A stretch of 64,000 nucleotides of DNA from the NCBI GenBank assembly GCA_051530055.1, contig CM121341.1:15540784-15604783 (forward strand). Reading direction: 5' to 3'. Positions 24,650-38,374 of this stretch are shown in pieces. A model generated the notes under the pieces. The model had not been told where the DNA came from. It saw nothing but the letters and a program-made list of their open reading frames with translations, and did no database searches. The position numbers were made by a program, and so were the translations under genes. Every line of letters starts with the position of its first letter. The first letter of the stretch is position 1. Origin of the DNA: Neoechinorhynchus agilis. Taxonomy: Eukaryota; Animalia; Acanthocephala.

Positions 24650-26100
24650 TTTTTTAGAAGAATGTAAAAAAATTGGCCTCAAACTGAACCCAAGCAAGTG
24701 CGAAATTTTGGTTTTGAATTGTGGGGACGAGGAACGCGCACAAATTTTGAGAGAGTTTGAAAAGGCCGCACCTAATATCCGACTTATCTCCAAGTCCAGC
24801 TTAGAACTGCTGGGAAGCTGCGTTCTCGAGGAGAATATGCAGGCTGATATCAGGAAAATCAGACCTTCCATTGATATCATCTGATCAAGGGCCTCTGAAC
24901 TTTTCCTCACGATGGTCTCTTCCTTTTAAAAAATTGCATCTTCATTCCACGCATCCTCCATAAACTGCGGTCAACCCCTTCCTTTCAATGTCAGCCCGAA
25001 TTGAGAGAGATTGATGGTTCTTTAAGCGATGGTCTATGCAAGATCCTTAATATTAAGCTCCCCGACACTGGCTGGACCCAGGCATCTTTGCCCACAAGCC
25101 ACGGAGGGATCGGTATTCGTGCCAGCTCAGCCATTGCGCTTCCAGCCTTTCTATCGTCTCTTAGTAGGTCCAAGCGCCTTTCCAGATTGATTTTGAAACA
25201 TAATTTTGAGGAGGACATCAGCCTGGAGCCCGCTCTTCATCTTTGGATGTCCCTGTCTAACCTCGACAAGATTCCAGACCTCCCGGAAAAACAGAAATCG
25301 TGGGACATTCCGTTAGTGGAGCGTGTTCACACCTCACTTTTTGACTCGCTCTCAGACGTGGATAGAACGCGATTAACTGCAGTTTCCTGCAAAGAGTCCG
25401 GCGCCTGGTTGAAAGCTGTACCATCAGCAAATATCGGTTCGAGATTAGACGGCGAGGCTCTCAGAATCGCAGTGTCCCTAAGGCTCGGGCTCCCGGTTTG
25501 TATCCCTCACACCTGCCGATGCGGGACGGAAGTCGACCCCTCGGGCAGGCACGGTTTAGCCTGTAAACGCTCAAGTGGCCGTTTTGCTAGACACACCGAA
25601 ATAAACGCATTGCTGAGCCGCGCTTTGAAAACGGCTAACTCTCCGAATATCCTCGAGCCTAGCAACATCTGCAGGATCGATGGCCGTAGGCCGGATGGAG
25701 TTACCGTTTTTCCTTGGAGCAGGGGCAGATGTCTAATATGGGACGCAACATGCGTCGACTCCCTTGCAGCCAGCAATCTGCGAGATGCATCCTCCGGGGC
25801 TGGGGGAGCCGCATCAGCAGCTGAGCTTCGTAAGGTTGCAAAATACGCCGATTTTACAAATTCTCATCATTTTGTCCCCTTCGCAGTGGAAACCTTAGGA
25901 GCTTTCGGGCGTGCGGCGAGGAGTTTTGTTTTCGAACTGGGGCATCGACTGATCAACTCGACCAATGACAGGAGGGCTCGCTCGTTCCTAGTACAGAACA
26001 TATCCTTGGCTATCCAGCGAGGAAACGCAGCGAGTGTCTTGGGGACGGTGAAGGACAATTCAGAATAATATAAGTTAACTTTTTTAAAAAAAAATGCTTA
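24650..26100 (+). mobile_element. CRE-like non-LTR retrotransposon, 3' part (RT thumb, CCHC, RLE endonuclease)
   Basis: ORF 25001..26068: WTQASLP..GGIGIR, CRC..RHGLAC..RH, RRPDG..PW..LIWDATCVDSLA, FVPFAVETLG, SLAIQRGNAASVLGT; A/T-rich tail. Confidence 0.92.
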
Positions 26101-26399
26101 TTTATTTGTGGGTAAGGAAAAAACAAAAGTATGTCCATCTTTTCATATCTAAATATCGAAATTCTAGAACCAGTAAGGGGACATTCAGTGCAAAAGGTCT
26201 TGTGTGATCCTCGAACTGTTATTCATAATTTAATTCGCCGCAATGAACGTTTTTAAGTTCTAAATATCTCAATAAAATTTATTTCAGGTAGCTTTTTGGC
26301 CGTTCAGTTTAAATTCCCAGTTAAAATGAACACAAATCACCTCTTTATGAGAACTTCTTTCTTCGTGCCTATCCCTTTTCGGGGTCGCACAAAAAGGTA

Positions 26400-27665
26400 C
26401 AATCAAACATAGTTCATCATCATCTCTCTAGACCGCTTGTCCTCTGCAACTGCGTCTTTCCACCTGTTTTGGGTCTGTCTCGTCTCCTAGTTCCCTCAAT
26501 CTCCATTTCCACTACTTTGATGTAAATGTGTCCCGAGTTCCATTTTTTTACTTTCTCGCTCCATTTGATCCTTCGTTGCTGAATTACGTCTTTCAGATCC
26601 TCCACCTTGGTCGATCCACGCACATATTTATTTGGAATCATGTCTTTCCTGGTGACTCCAGCCATCTATCGCAGAATATTCAACAAATGATCCCTGTGAG
26701 ACTTCTTCATTTCATCCACCCTTTTTGAATCCTAGCGCTTATTTCGGCTGTCATGTCGTTTCCCTTCGATACGAATGAACCCAGATATTTGAAGCTCTCA
26801 GCTTTGTTCAGTTGCGTATCTTGTAAGCAAATGTTTTTCTGTCCGACATAGGCGGTTTTATCCCTCGATATATGTAGACCATTTCCTTCCAGGGCCTCTC
26901 TCCGTTTTTCCAGGTCTTAATGTAGTTCTTGGCATGTATGGCTCGACAATACAATATCATCAGCAAATAAAATATTCCACGGAGCACCTCTATTTAGCGG
27001 TTCGCTGATTACGTCCATGATTATCACAAATAAATATGGACTTAGTGATGATCCTTGATGTAGTCCAGCTTTCACGGGGAATTCGTTCAAGTTTCCGACC
27101 GGGGGTACATATCTTGTATTACTCGAACGTATACCGCTAGACAGAATTTTCTGCTCAGGCACATCCATATCAGATCTTTGGGGACGGTATCGTAGGACTT
27201 TTTGAGGTCAATGAAGACACTGTGCAGCTCTTTCTGCTTTTCACAGCACTTTTCGTACAACTATCTCATTGCAAATATTGCATCTATGCTACTTCTGGCT
27301 GGCATAAAGCCTCTCTGAATTACAGATATTGATATTTCACTCTTCAAGCGTCGATCAATTATTCGCTCGTACAGCTTCATCGTGTGACATATCAATTTGA
27401 TTCCTCTGTAGCAGCTGCAATCTCTTACATCCCCTTTTCCTTTGAAAATCGGGGTCATAACACTTCGCCTTCATTCGTCTGGAATCCGCTCAGTATCAAA
27501 GATACGTCGTACAAATTTAGTCAATAAATGAATAGCATCATCTCCGAAGACTTTCCAGAAATCTATAGGTATTTCATCTGGTCCAGTCGCTTTGCCGTTT
27601 TTCATTTTGGAAAGAGCTATCCTGACTTAGTTATTCGATATGATTTGTACTAATCCTTGATTCTA
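26400..27665 (-). mobile_element. Degraded RTE-clade LINE RT fragment
   Basis: YRGIKLICHTMKLYERIIDRRL, QRGFMP, GLHQGSSLSPYLF, ILFADDIVL, GVTRKDMIPN..VR. Confidence 0.9.
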
Positions 27666-29195
27666 TCAAGCAAGAAATTAAGTTGAATGTTATTAAGCGA
27701 ATTCCTGTACTTTTTTGGATAAATACACTTCGGGGCTCAACTTCAATCTAAATCTCAATCAATATGCGGCCGGGCGGCTATACGAGTGCAAAGTCATAAA
27801 TTGTAAAGATGTTTAAGCGAACGTTAATGAAACACGAGATACGTTTTGAGAGTGAATTCAAGCGCTAAAAGTTTTCTAATATTAAAGTGTCGACTCGATT
27901 TTTTCAAAGCTTAATCACGATTGTTAACAGGTAAAACGATTTTAATGGCTACAACAACCCAAAGCTATGAAGGTTCCGTTTTTTAGCGTGTACGCACAAA
28001 AGTATTTTGTAAGCGATCGTCCATTCTATATTTAAATAATTAAATCTTTCGACCTCTTATATTCACCGCTACACACACTCGGATAACGAAAAGAGTATTT
28101 CTAACTCTCAAGTAAATTCCGCAACATTAAATTTCAAGCTGGAACTTTTCGGATTATTTCTACTTCACAAATCGAATTCGCTATTCGATTAGTATAGAAA
28201 AGATCAATATTATATATAAAATAAGAATTGCGTTCTAGCAAAAAGCTCTACCATTCTTGTGCTCGGAAAAGAATTAAACTTAAAGGAGCACATTCTTAGA
28301 GATATTTCGATCTTGTCTAATAAAATATTTCCGTGTGTTTTTCAAATTCTTATATGGCCAATACATATACGTCATCTTTTCAAAATAAAAACAAATTAAG
28401 TAACGAGGCAGCAGAAAAACAGAATGTTCTCAGAAGGTCGATGCATTTTGATGATCAACCATCAAAACGAATTTCGTAAATAATGAATCGGAAAATTTAT
28501 CTACATGAATGTGATTCTGATATATGTGCATTTTCTTAGTAGCATTTTTAGATTGATTTTTGAGATATTCTTAAATTCAAGAAAAAGTAAAAAGATAAAT
28601 TCTGATAATTCGTATTCAATTTGATATACTCAGGTTCATTAGATTTCATAAAACGGTACCAATTAATTTGTTCGATAAAGTAGAATTTGAGAAAAGATAA
28701 ATTTAAGGCAATAAACGTTATCTTGATTAACGTAACACTTTATGGTTGCTTAAATATATGAGTGACTTTCTAGGAAATAGTTTGTTATTTTTGAAAATCA
28801 TTTAAAAATTGATTTTCAAACCGGCCAATTTTAAAAATGAAAACGATTTCAGGTACTTTTAGAAGTTACAATTTTAAGCATATTTCAGATTTTTACTAAA
28901 ATGAAAGGTGAAAATTTATCATCATTGTAGTTAGTGACAAACTTGCGAAACAATGGCTGATGAGGCGAGTTTACCTCGCGAAATATTTCCAATAAATCAA
29001 ATATGCTATTACCGGGAGTTTTTTCACCAAAATTATATTTTGGCTAACCCGAAGGACTTTCTCTGTCGATGAAATAACGATATGTCTATCTGATCAAAAA
29101 AATTAGATCACAAACATGTCCGCCTCCTAAGATTCTTGTTAATATTTTTGGTTTGAGTGCACTTTCGATTTATTTATTAAAAAACCCTTCAACGG

Positions 29196-29990
29196 TCACA
29201 CCAATGAAGAGACCTGAGAAGCGATCCTATTGCCGAACATCCTATACCACCAATTGGTTACTCCGCCAAAAGACGGCAACATGCTCCAAGCGTACCTAAA
29301 TAACAGTTAAAAAGAATTTGAATTTCAGTTAGTTCGAGACGCTATACTCACATTACGATGATCACAATTTGAACAAAAGCAAAAATGATCGTCAAAGTGG
29401 CATTATGAAGCTGAATGGTTGTAACCAAATGGAAGATAATATTTTTTGAAAAACTTACTCCGGACGCAAAATATAGCGTAAGACTGAACGAAACAACGTA
29501 AAAGAGTGAATACACCCATCGATTATTGTCAATTAAAGCCTTTCGTGCATTCTTCGTCCCAATTAGAAACAAGAAACTGTTTTAAGGAATTATATTTTAA
29601 AAAATTGATAGCTGTCTGACCTTACAACTGAGAGACAGTTAGCAGTGCTGTAGATTATAATGAATTTTGCAGGATTTAGAGAAAGCAAAGGAATGTAGAG
29701 GACGAATGCCTAAATTAAAGGACGTAAAAACGACGAATCAACGTTCAATTTAGGACCATTGTGTAGAGTAAAGCAGCTCCAAGTGCGAACAAAACTGAAA
29801 TTATGAGCCGTTCGCTTCTTGAAAGACCGCACCATACATTCGATTGTTCAGCTTGAGTGTTCATTCGTGAATTCACCGTCGCCCTTATTTGATTATACCA
29901 ATCACGAACTGCAGATGAACCATTCTCTTCATTAAAATTCTTAAGTTGTTGATACTGCTCACTGCGTTGGTCCATTGTTCCGTAAACCAT
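29196..29990 (-). CDS. SFT2-like vesicle transport protein, 5 exons
   Basis: Canonical introns of about 45-55 nt give WCGLSRSERLI...YIPLLSLNPAKFIIIYS...FLFLIG...LTLYFASGLHNATLTIIFAFVQ...YAWSMLP; stop TGA at 29196. Confidence 0.85.
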
Positions 29991-30069
29991 CAAATGGTAC
30001 TCGGCCTTTAGCCTTACACCAAACTTCTTCCGCGCTAAGAACCTGAGACCATTTTGTTTCTTTACGTGA

Positions 30070-31260
30070 TTTCATCCTTTAGTTCTCGTAACTGCCAGCA
30101 ACCCTTCTTAAATTTCTTCTTAATTTGTTTGTACATAAGTTGTGCGAATTATGGGAGGAATTCAATTTGTGTTGTCGGTGGCGAGTATTTGTTGAAATCA
30201 AGGCAGAAGGAACAACCAATACACACAAACGTCCAGGCTGCACCTAAACGAAGCCTTCAACCGCGAAAAATAGAGGAAGATATATGCAAAAGCCACCTCG
30301 ATACGGGATAAAGACTGAAGAAGAATTACGCTCCTAGACTCTTAAATCGACCAAGTCAAACGCCACAATGAAAAATCAGAACTCGAGTGTTTATGATGAC
30401 CCAAAGGTTCATGGGTCCTCTTCTTTGTGAATCAACAAATAAAACGCATTATTACCATAAAACCGGAATAAAAGAAATTTCTAAAATATTGAGAGCTACA
30501 GTTTTCAACTTTGTCCCCTTTGTACTGAAGACTTACGAGAGCTTAGAAGAGTCGGTGCTGAAACTGTTGGATGAGATTAGCGTGACGTAAGCAGAACATT
30601 TGGGCACCCGTAGGCTATATTTTTACTAGTTGATTTTGCTCAAAACTCTTTCTACACTTGCAAACTGGCATTCTAGGTATTATATTTTATCTTTACACAC
30701 CTTTAGCGTGAGATTGGGGAAGGACATAGCAAACAATAATCCCACATTTTTACTTTATGTTTCGAACAAAGGATATATTTTTATGGTCAACATTAAAAAT
30801 TGTGTATTTCGTTAAGATACAGAATTTATAGATCTACTGTGTAGGAAAGCTTAAATAGGAATTTCAAATGAAATCATCGTCGACAACATGTTCTTTTGTC
30901 AAAATTGTTAATAAATCTACTGAAAGTTTCAATTCCATGTGAAGTGTTTTCACTGTATTTAGAAATTGGATGCGATCCGTAATTGAGAATGAACCATCAT
31001 TAGCGATAGTTTGAAAAAAGGTGCTACTATTATTTGTCACATTTTTAGCAGTAATCCTAAGTACAAGCTTATGTGAGTCGTGGATATTGTTGAAATGCTG
31101 TAACATTGCAATTTTTGTTTTCTCGTTATCATCTTTTTTGATTAAAGACATTAAGAAGATTACAGAGATTAAATATGGCTCAATTTCAGCTAGAAATGAT
31201 CTCGAAAGCGTAATTCTTCTATCATTGTCAACAAGTTTATGCCGTTTAAAACTTTAAATT
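30070..31260 (-). CDS. Probable spliced gene of unknown product
   Basis: Open stretch 30864-31250 plus a canonical-looking 41-nt GTAAGT..CTGTAG intron near 30505-30545; exon chain not resolved. Confidence 0.3.
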
Positions 31261-31492
31261 GAAATATTTCGCACGAGCGCAAACTTTTATGTCTTTAGAT
31301 ACAAACCGAAAGTAAATGTGATTCCGAATAAATGCGCAGTTGGCCTTTATGAATCATTTTTTGTAACTTATAAAAAGCTACATGGCCGTAATTTAAGAAC
31401 ACAATTATTCTACTGGTACCCAGGTCAAATGTCAAAGTTCATTTTTTCGATGGGCGACGAATAAAGCAAGAAAAGCTTTGTACAATCTTGTG

Positions 31493-32250
31493 ATGGCGAC
31501 ATTCAAAGGTTCTTCGCAATTATCATTTGCTCCGCACCAATTGAGCATAGATGCCTCTACGGAGCCTGAACTGGAACGCAAATCTCCGGATTGGGTAAAG
31601 CGTGAAAGTTATTTTCGAATAGCGCAAGTCTGTTTGAATGCAATAGCCTGCCTAAGCTTAATTGGTGGATTCGCAAGGGCCGATTTTGTCCGAGACCAAA
31701 TTTCTCCAGGACTTGAAATCAGCATTGGCATATTCAGGAAATGCAGTTCTTCATACAATGAAAAGAACCATTTGTGCCATTTTAGCTCCACCAAGGAACC
31801 TTATAATATCAATACGATTCCATCGTTTGCAATTTGGATCATCGCTGAAATCGCTCTCAATGCTTACTGGATATCGACAACGTTTACAAAAGTTCGATCT
31901 TCGATAGGACAGAAAATAAGCAATGGGGTTGATATCGTTTTGCCTCTCTTTACTGGTTTACTCGCTTTCGGAACGTTTTCGGATTCGGTGGTTCAATTGA
32001 ACGAACATTGTGGCTGTGGAATCTTTGGAGCTGGATTTCATGTCACTTTTGCGGGTCTTGTAATCTCAATGATTTCAACGTCTTCAATGATTTTCGTCGG
32101 TTTAGATGTAAAGTTTCTCTTTTTTTAGAGAAGAGAAATTCTATATTACATAAAACCATTTTAAGCTATTTAGTATATCAGATGAACAGCGTGGGTCCGA
32201 CGCCCATCAGTAGCTTTGGTTCAAATTATCAACCTGCAGTAATGTACTAA
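31493..32250 (+). CDS. Claudin/PMP22/LHFPL-superfamily tetraspan membrane protein
   Basis: Four hydrophobic segments, GIFRKC..C first loop, FGAGF before TM4; likely intron 32108-32181 adds the tail MNSVGPTPISSFGSNYQPAVMY. Confidence 0.6.
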
Positions 32251-33059
32251 ATGTTGGTTAAACACAAAACAAAAGGTCAATAACAACAATCTTTGTAGTG
32301 GAAATGGATTCGATTGGCTTTTTAGTATCCTTTGAAATAATGATTTCCAATTATTGTACGTGGTTCTTATCGTTGTTTGGAAAATTAAACCTCTCATTCT
32401 TTGTTCTGATTGGAAATCCATTTTGCTTGTTACGTACACTGATTTATTTACGACTCTAAAGTCTCTAACCCAAAAAATAATCATATTTGTCTTTCATGAT
32501 TTGTTTTCCAATCGGCGTTCATGAAACCGAAAATGCGGCAATACTAAATCTGTTGATTGTAAAATTACGATGAAGTTGTTGTTGATAGTTCAATCTTCCG
32601 TATAGGTTTTTAACTATTTTGTTGTCTACAATTCAATATAAAAGCAATTTACGCGATGCGCTTAATAAAAAATTGTTTCGAATTGAAAATTCTATTTTTT
32701 GAATTTATTCTGTCTGAATCTCATTGTTACCAAATTGATTTAAATCTTGATGACGATAGGCAAGGATTTGATTTTACTAATATTTTTCGTGTAAGCATGT
32801 GAAATTATTAAAAATTTATCATTTTTTGGTTTTTCACCATATCTTTGTTTCCAAACACATAACTGCTTTTCATCTTTATTTAAAATTAAATCACGTCGTA
32901 AACACTTGCAAACATCGAAAAAGTTTGCAAGCAAGAAAAAACAACAATAATCTTAACAATTGCAAACAAAACTTACAAGCAATAGTGTTCAACATCATCC
33001 AAAAATTCAACGACCGACGACCACATAACAGTCAACAATCAATGCAACCGCCCGACTGA

Positions 33060-36000
33060 AAACAAGCAGCTAACTGCGTTCATATCGCAATCGGCGTTCA
33101 ACCAATCATAGCCAGTTTCAAAAATCATGCGCAGTTTTCGTTCTGACGGAAAAAGCGTATTTAGTAGTGAACACCCTTCGAAAGCTACTCTCTAATCTCG
33201 AGCTACAACAATCACAAATCCTGGGAAACAACTTCCAGTCGACATCATCAAAGCAAATTCCAATATCAAATTACTTGTCTTCACCGACAAAAAAATGGCC
33301 ATACATAGCTATCTTCAAATCAAAACCAACCCTTCCCAAACAAATCATGTACGATCAAATAGTAAGCCCTTGGACTCGTTCTTTTAAAAACGATGGCATT
33401 AAAAGAATCGATCACTTAACATATTTCGCCGGCACGCTTAGAATTTATATGGTGTCACATACTTGGTTGGAAAAATTGGTCAACTTCTCTATTTCTAATC
33501 TTCCTAAGGAAGTGTATGATGTTTCATATAGCTCTCAAAAAGTACAATTTCTGGTGAAAGGAATTGATCCTTCAATCACCAATGAAGAGCGGGAAGATTT
33601 CGAGCAATCGTTCAATTGCAAGATCAAGTTTTTTCTTAATTCAAGGAGGACAGGTCAACCCATCTCGATTGTTATGGTGGAGGGACAAAGACAAGTTCGC
33701 GACGACTTATGCACACAACAATTTTGCTCGTTCAATTGCTTTGAAATTAACTTTGCGATGAAGTCGAACCATGAACAGGATAACTTCATATTCCCACAAT
33801 GCACCATCTGCCAGCAATGGGGCCACTGGTGCCAAAATTGCCCCAATCCATCCTTAAAAAAATGTTGCCACTGCGCAGATACCTCCCATGGTTCGGATCA
33901 GTGTATTAAGTCAAAAAAGCAGTGTGTGAATTGTCATGGACAACATTCGTCCTTCTATAAAGGCTGTCCTGAGTTCAAGAAATATTGTGCTTGGGCTAAA
34001 AAGTCTCTCAATGCCGGTGGAGACAACAGGAGCAAATTCAGGAATCCAACCGAGCAGTCAGCAGCGAAGCTCAACTCAGCGCTTCCAGCAGCCTCCTATC
34101 GTCAATTTGACAACTCTACTTCGGAACATTCCGGCAATGCGCCGTCAGCTCAAGTTGTGACCATGGATTTTTTGGAGAGCAAATTAGAAGAAGCCTGCAA
34201 CAAATTTCTCATGATCATGCAAGCTCGAGGCATTGTTGGCTTTCGAAAGGAAGATCTGTACCCTAATCGATAATTTGACAAACCTTCCGGCTCTTTTCTC
34301 CTCTTGCTTATCAAAACAAGATCCAGCAAAACTCAAAAGATCCATTACGTCTGACGAGGATGTAAGAGTAGAAAAAAAGTCAAATGGTGGATCTCGCTCT
34401 AATGAAGAGGAAGATGTTATGATGGATATTGATGAATCAACTTCAGAATTCGTAGCCAGAATAATCGAAACCCAATCCAGGCTAATTGATAGCGGAACAG
34501 CCAACCTGATCTCAAATGCCAATTCAAGGAAGCCTTGACTCAATGGCTCAGGAGAAGGTAGGGAATCTTAGGGTGTTGCAGTGGAATTGTGGGGGTGCGA
34601 CCAACCTTTCTAAACTCTCGAGATATCTACCTGGAATTTCTATTGTGCTCATTTAAGAATCGAAGAGTGTCTTAAATATAGATCAGCTCTTTTCTCATTT
34701 ACCTCATTTAAACTCTTCGGCTTTTATCCCTTTCGTCTCTCCTCCTTATGAACCTAATTCACAAGGCCTAATTTCTATCTTTCATTCCTACCTCAGTCCC
34801 TCCGTGGTCACGTCCTATTCTTGCAAGGAATTGTCATATAGTATCTTCAAAAAATTTAACAATAAGAAATTTTTCTCACTTGCGAACATATATATAAGGC
34901 CAGGTTTTATTCATCGTGCCCATGTGAAGGAAAAAATCAAATGGCTTTTAAGGGCTAACATTGATCTGATTGTGGGAGATTTCAATGATCCTTCTTTAAG
35001 ATGGTCTCGGGCAATTGTAAACGCAGTCAAACCTTCCCACTCTCTTATCTTGCCCAATAATCCGTCGTTCCACAATATTACCACCAACAGTCATTCCTTC
35101 TTGGATCTAGTTATATTGAAAAATGTCTTGAATCTTTCAATCGATTATGATCACCAAGTTTCCACCTTCGACCTCTTAGGACATGACATTTTAATTTGGT
35201 CCTTGGGTCACATTGACAGACTACGCAAGGTGTATCATTTATCACCTTTAAATTTAGCGTTTCGGCTAGTTTGCGAGAACATTTTCTCACACTCACTTTT
35301 GGACTGCAATCTGTCAGATTTCCTACCTTTAGCTAACTCCTTCGTCAATAAGGCCGCTAGTACTTTTTATGTCGTAATGTTAAAACTTTCTCACGCCCTT
35401 ATGTGAGCCGATCACATCGTTTTCTAGGACGCCAACTTTATGCTGCCAAAAGATCGGGGGATACTCTTTTATGCAAAACTCTTTCGAGCCTTCTTTGGGC
35501 TGCCCGCTGCCGACAGCAACAACGCAGAGATGCAATCTCTCTTGCGACACTCAACCCTTATTCTTCCAAATGGTGGCGTACCTTTTCAAATAAAGGCCAA
35601 ACACCTTGGAAGTCGAAACTAGCTGCCTGGTTAAAATCCACAACATTGGGGGATATTCTTTTTCAAATTTTTGACTTTCATTCCGCGGGCTCGACTACCA
35701 ACGTGCCATCAATTTGTTTTCGCAAACTACTTGGTAATCGCACGGATATCACCTTAAAAGATATTCTCGAAGTATGGTCAACAAATCCGAAGTTGGGATC
35801 GTCTAATGGCTGCCCAGGGACAAAAATCTTCACACTGCATCCTAAAAGCTGTGTATCCCTCTTAGCCAAATCTATGCTGCATTCCTCCCCTTACGCTCGG
35901 GGAGAGATTAATGTCTCCAGACGTATTTTCTTGGTTAAAAATGGCAGGAAAGCCATTGTTGAACCAAAAGACGTTCGCCCTATCTCGCTTCAAAATCCCC

Positions 36001-36470
36001 TTGTAACCATTTATGAACGCGCACTTGCTAATAGGTTGAGATCCTTCATTAATGAACATAATTGCATCTCTTCAAATTGTCATGGTTTTCTAAAAGGGAA
36101 ATCAGTTCACTCTGTCTTAGCAGTTATTTACTCCAATTTTTCTTGCTCTTACAAACTCTTGCGAGCTATGTTTGCCGTGGACATTTCTCAAGCTTTTGAT
36201 AAGATTTCACTCTCTTTTATTATTGAGATGCTTGAATTTTTCAGTATTCCTCACAATTTAATTACACGTATCCACAATATTTTATTTACAAAATCTTTTT
36301 GCTTAGAAGACGACATTTCAAAGACACTATATTATCCTTCCAATGGTGTTCCACAGGGGTCACCTCTGTCACCTATTCTCTTCCTTTTGGCGTCACAATA
36401 TTTGATTCAAAATTTTAAAATAAGGGCCTCTCTCACGTCATCTCCGCCTACAGAGCAGCCAAAATGAAAA
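33060..36470 (+). mobile_element. I/Jockey-like LINE, same family as 13670-17350; 3'-truncated
   Basis: ORF1 33167..34273 with three Cys/His knuckles; ORF2 from 34542 LRVLQWNCGG; KDVRPISLQNPLVTIYERALA, AVDISQAFD, GVPQGSPLSPILF; ends before YADD. Confidence 0.9.
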
Positions 36471-36529
36471 ACCTGATTGGTCAATGTATTGATTATCTTA
36501 ACTCCTTTTTACCAAAAATGAATTTATCT

Positions 36530-37000
36530 TTGAATAGGTCGAAGTAACGGCGAAATTCCCCAACATCTTGGAACCCGCCCATCTTTGTCGACTAGACGGT
36601 CGTCGACCTGACGGAATTTCGGTCTTTCCGTGGCGGGAGGGCAAATGCCTTCTCTGGGTCCCATGTGTGGACACCCTCGCAGTAAGCAACATTCCGTACT
36701 CTCTCGAAATCGCTGAAGGTGCATTCAGTGCAGCGGAAGGGAGGAAGGTACAAAAATATAGGGATTTAGGGAGGGCCCATTATTTTGCCCCCTTCGGAGT
36801 AGAGACGTATGGTGCGCTTTGCAGCTCGGCGCTCACTCTGCTCCAGGATCTCTTGAAGAAATTGAGAGAGGCAACCGGAGACTCAAGAGCAGGCGTATTC
36901 CTTCGACAAAATATCTCGCTTGCAGTTCATCGAGGCAATGCTGCTAACGTGATAGCGACGGCCGAGGAAGGAGAAAAGCTAAGATTTTGCGGGCGGTGGT
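36530..37000 (+). mobile_element. CRE family B 3' fragment directly following the truncated LINE
   Basis: EPAHLCRLDGRRPDG..PW...FAPFGVETYG...ISLAVHRGNAA; nearly identical to 57400-57780 (-). Confidence 0.9.
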
Positions 37001-38147
37001 GATTGCACATGTTGTGCTTTATTATTAGATTGCAGTTGTGCATTGACGCATGCATTTGATAAGATTATAATTATTTAACTATTTTCATAATTCTCACTCT
37101 TCCCTTTAAGAGTTTACCCTCTGATATCGAAGTTTCCACTTCAGAATCGAAATGGAGTTATTGAGATTAGAGTCCGTGAAAGAGTTTTCGGTGATTAAAT
37201 TCACTGTGATCATCTTTAGCACTCCCATTGCAGAAGGAAATATTTCGATAAGAGAATGTTATATTATCATCAAAATTAATTTCAAATTATTCTACGCATT
37301 GTTAGACTATTTTAATGTCTTTTTATTTGTTTAATGCATTTGGCGTCGTAGGTTGCCACAAAAATTATTTCAAAGTGCTTCCACTTTGGTTGTTAGTTTT
37401 ATCATTATTTTTAGTTTTTAAATCTTCGCCATTTTACCCTAAGATGCGAGGTCTACAATTGGAAGTAGGCTACGGTGTAGATTGTAATAAGTAAGGTTGT
37501 TATCAAACTTTTTCGAATTTTAGAATTCCGATTTGCTTTAGATTATGTAGAATTTTGGCTTTTTTATTTACTGCTATTTTTGTTGCCACTCGCAGTACTA
37601 AGATTTGCAGACTTAAAAAGCTCAATTGCTTTTTTTAGTGGCTTAAAAAATTAAAGCTGTACTGTTAGATTATTTTGTAAATTGAAATTGCGACGTACCG
37701 CTTAAAATACTCGAGCGATTGAATCGATTTCATTGGAATTAGAAACGAGATCTAAATTCAAATTAACATCGTCTTATGATCATTGTTTGATCATATTAAT
37801 GTATCAGCAAAACATGGAGAATTTGCGATCCACATTATTTTGTTTTAAAGCAAAGATAATCGTCTTTAGATAATTGTAAAAGCAATTTTTTTAATACAGA
37901 AAAATTTGAGAATGATGAAGCTCTATTTTATGTTCAAATGAAATGTTTCAATGAGTGTATTTGCTGGAAAACAAAATCTAAAAATTGTGGAAATCTTTTT
38001 AGCACTACATTTTATTTATTAGAGTAAAGATTATAAGCGAATTATTTTTACCGAACAACGTCAACTTTTCAAAAATTTTCTTCCTTGAAGATTGCCAAAT
38101 AGCTTGTTCCATGTTCTCTTTTTCCGCGCACTTATTATCGGAGTATC

Positions 38148-38312
38148 TCAGTCTTCTTCGTCGACTTCAGTTAGTGTTTCATTCAAATTTGTAGCAAATC
38201 TACGCCGATCGCGTATTAAAGGTTCGTTGGTTACTTCTCGGAGTGGTGGTCGGGTATTGTTTCGAATGAAAGCAAAAGGATCGCGGTTATTGGTATTTTC
38301 GCCGTTGTGCAT
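38148..38312 (-). CDS. Candidate 54-aa acidic protein with a D-box (RPPLREVTN)
   Basis: MHNGENTNNRDPFAFIRNNTRPPLREVTNEPLIRDRRRFATNLNETLTEVDEED*; below the ORF-track cutoff; resembles 44125..44487. Confidence 0.4.
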   Translation of the reverse strand: MHNGENTNNRDPFAFIRNNTRPPLREVTNEPLIRDRRRFATNLNETLTEVDEED

Positions 38313-38374
38313 TTCAACCTATGATCGATCGAAAGCTCTTCGTTATTATAAGATGAGAGGGATCCAGCGAATAA

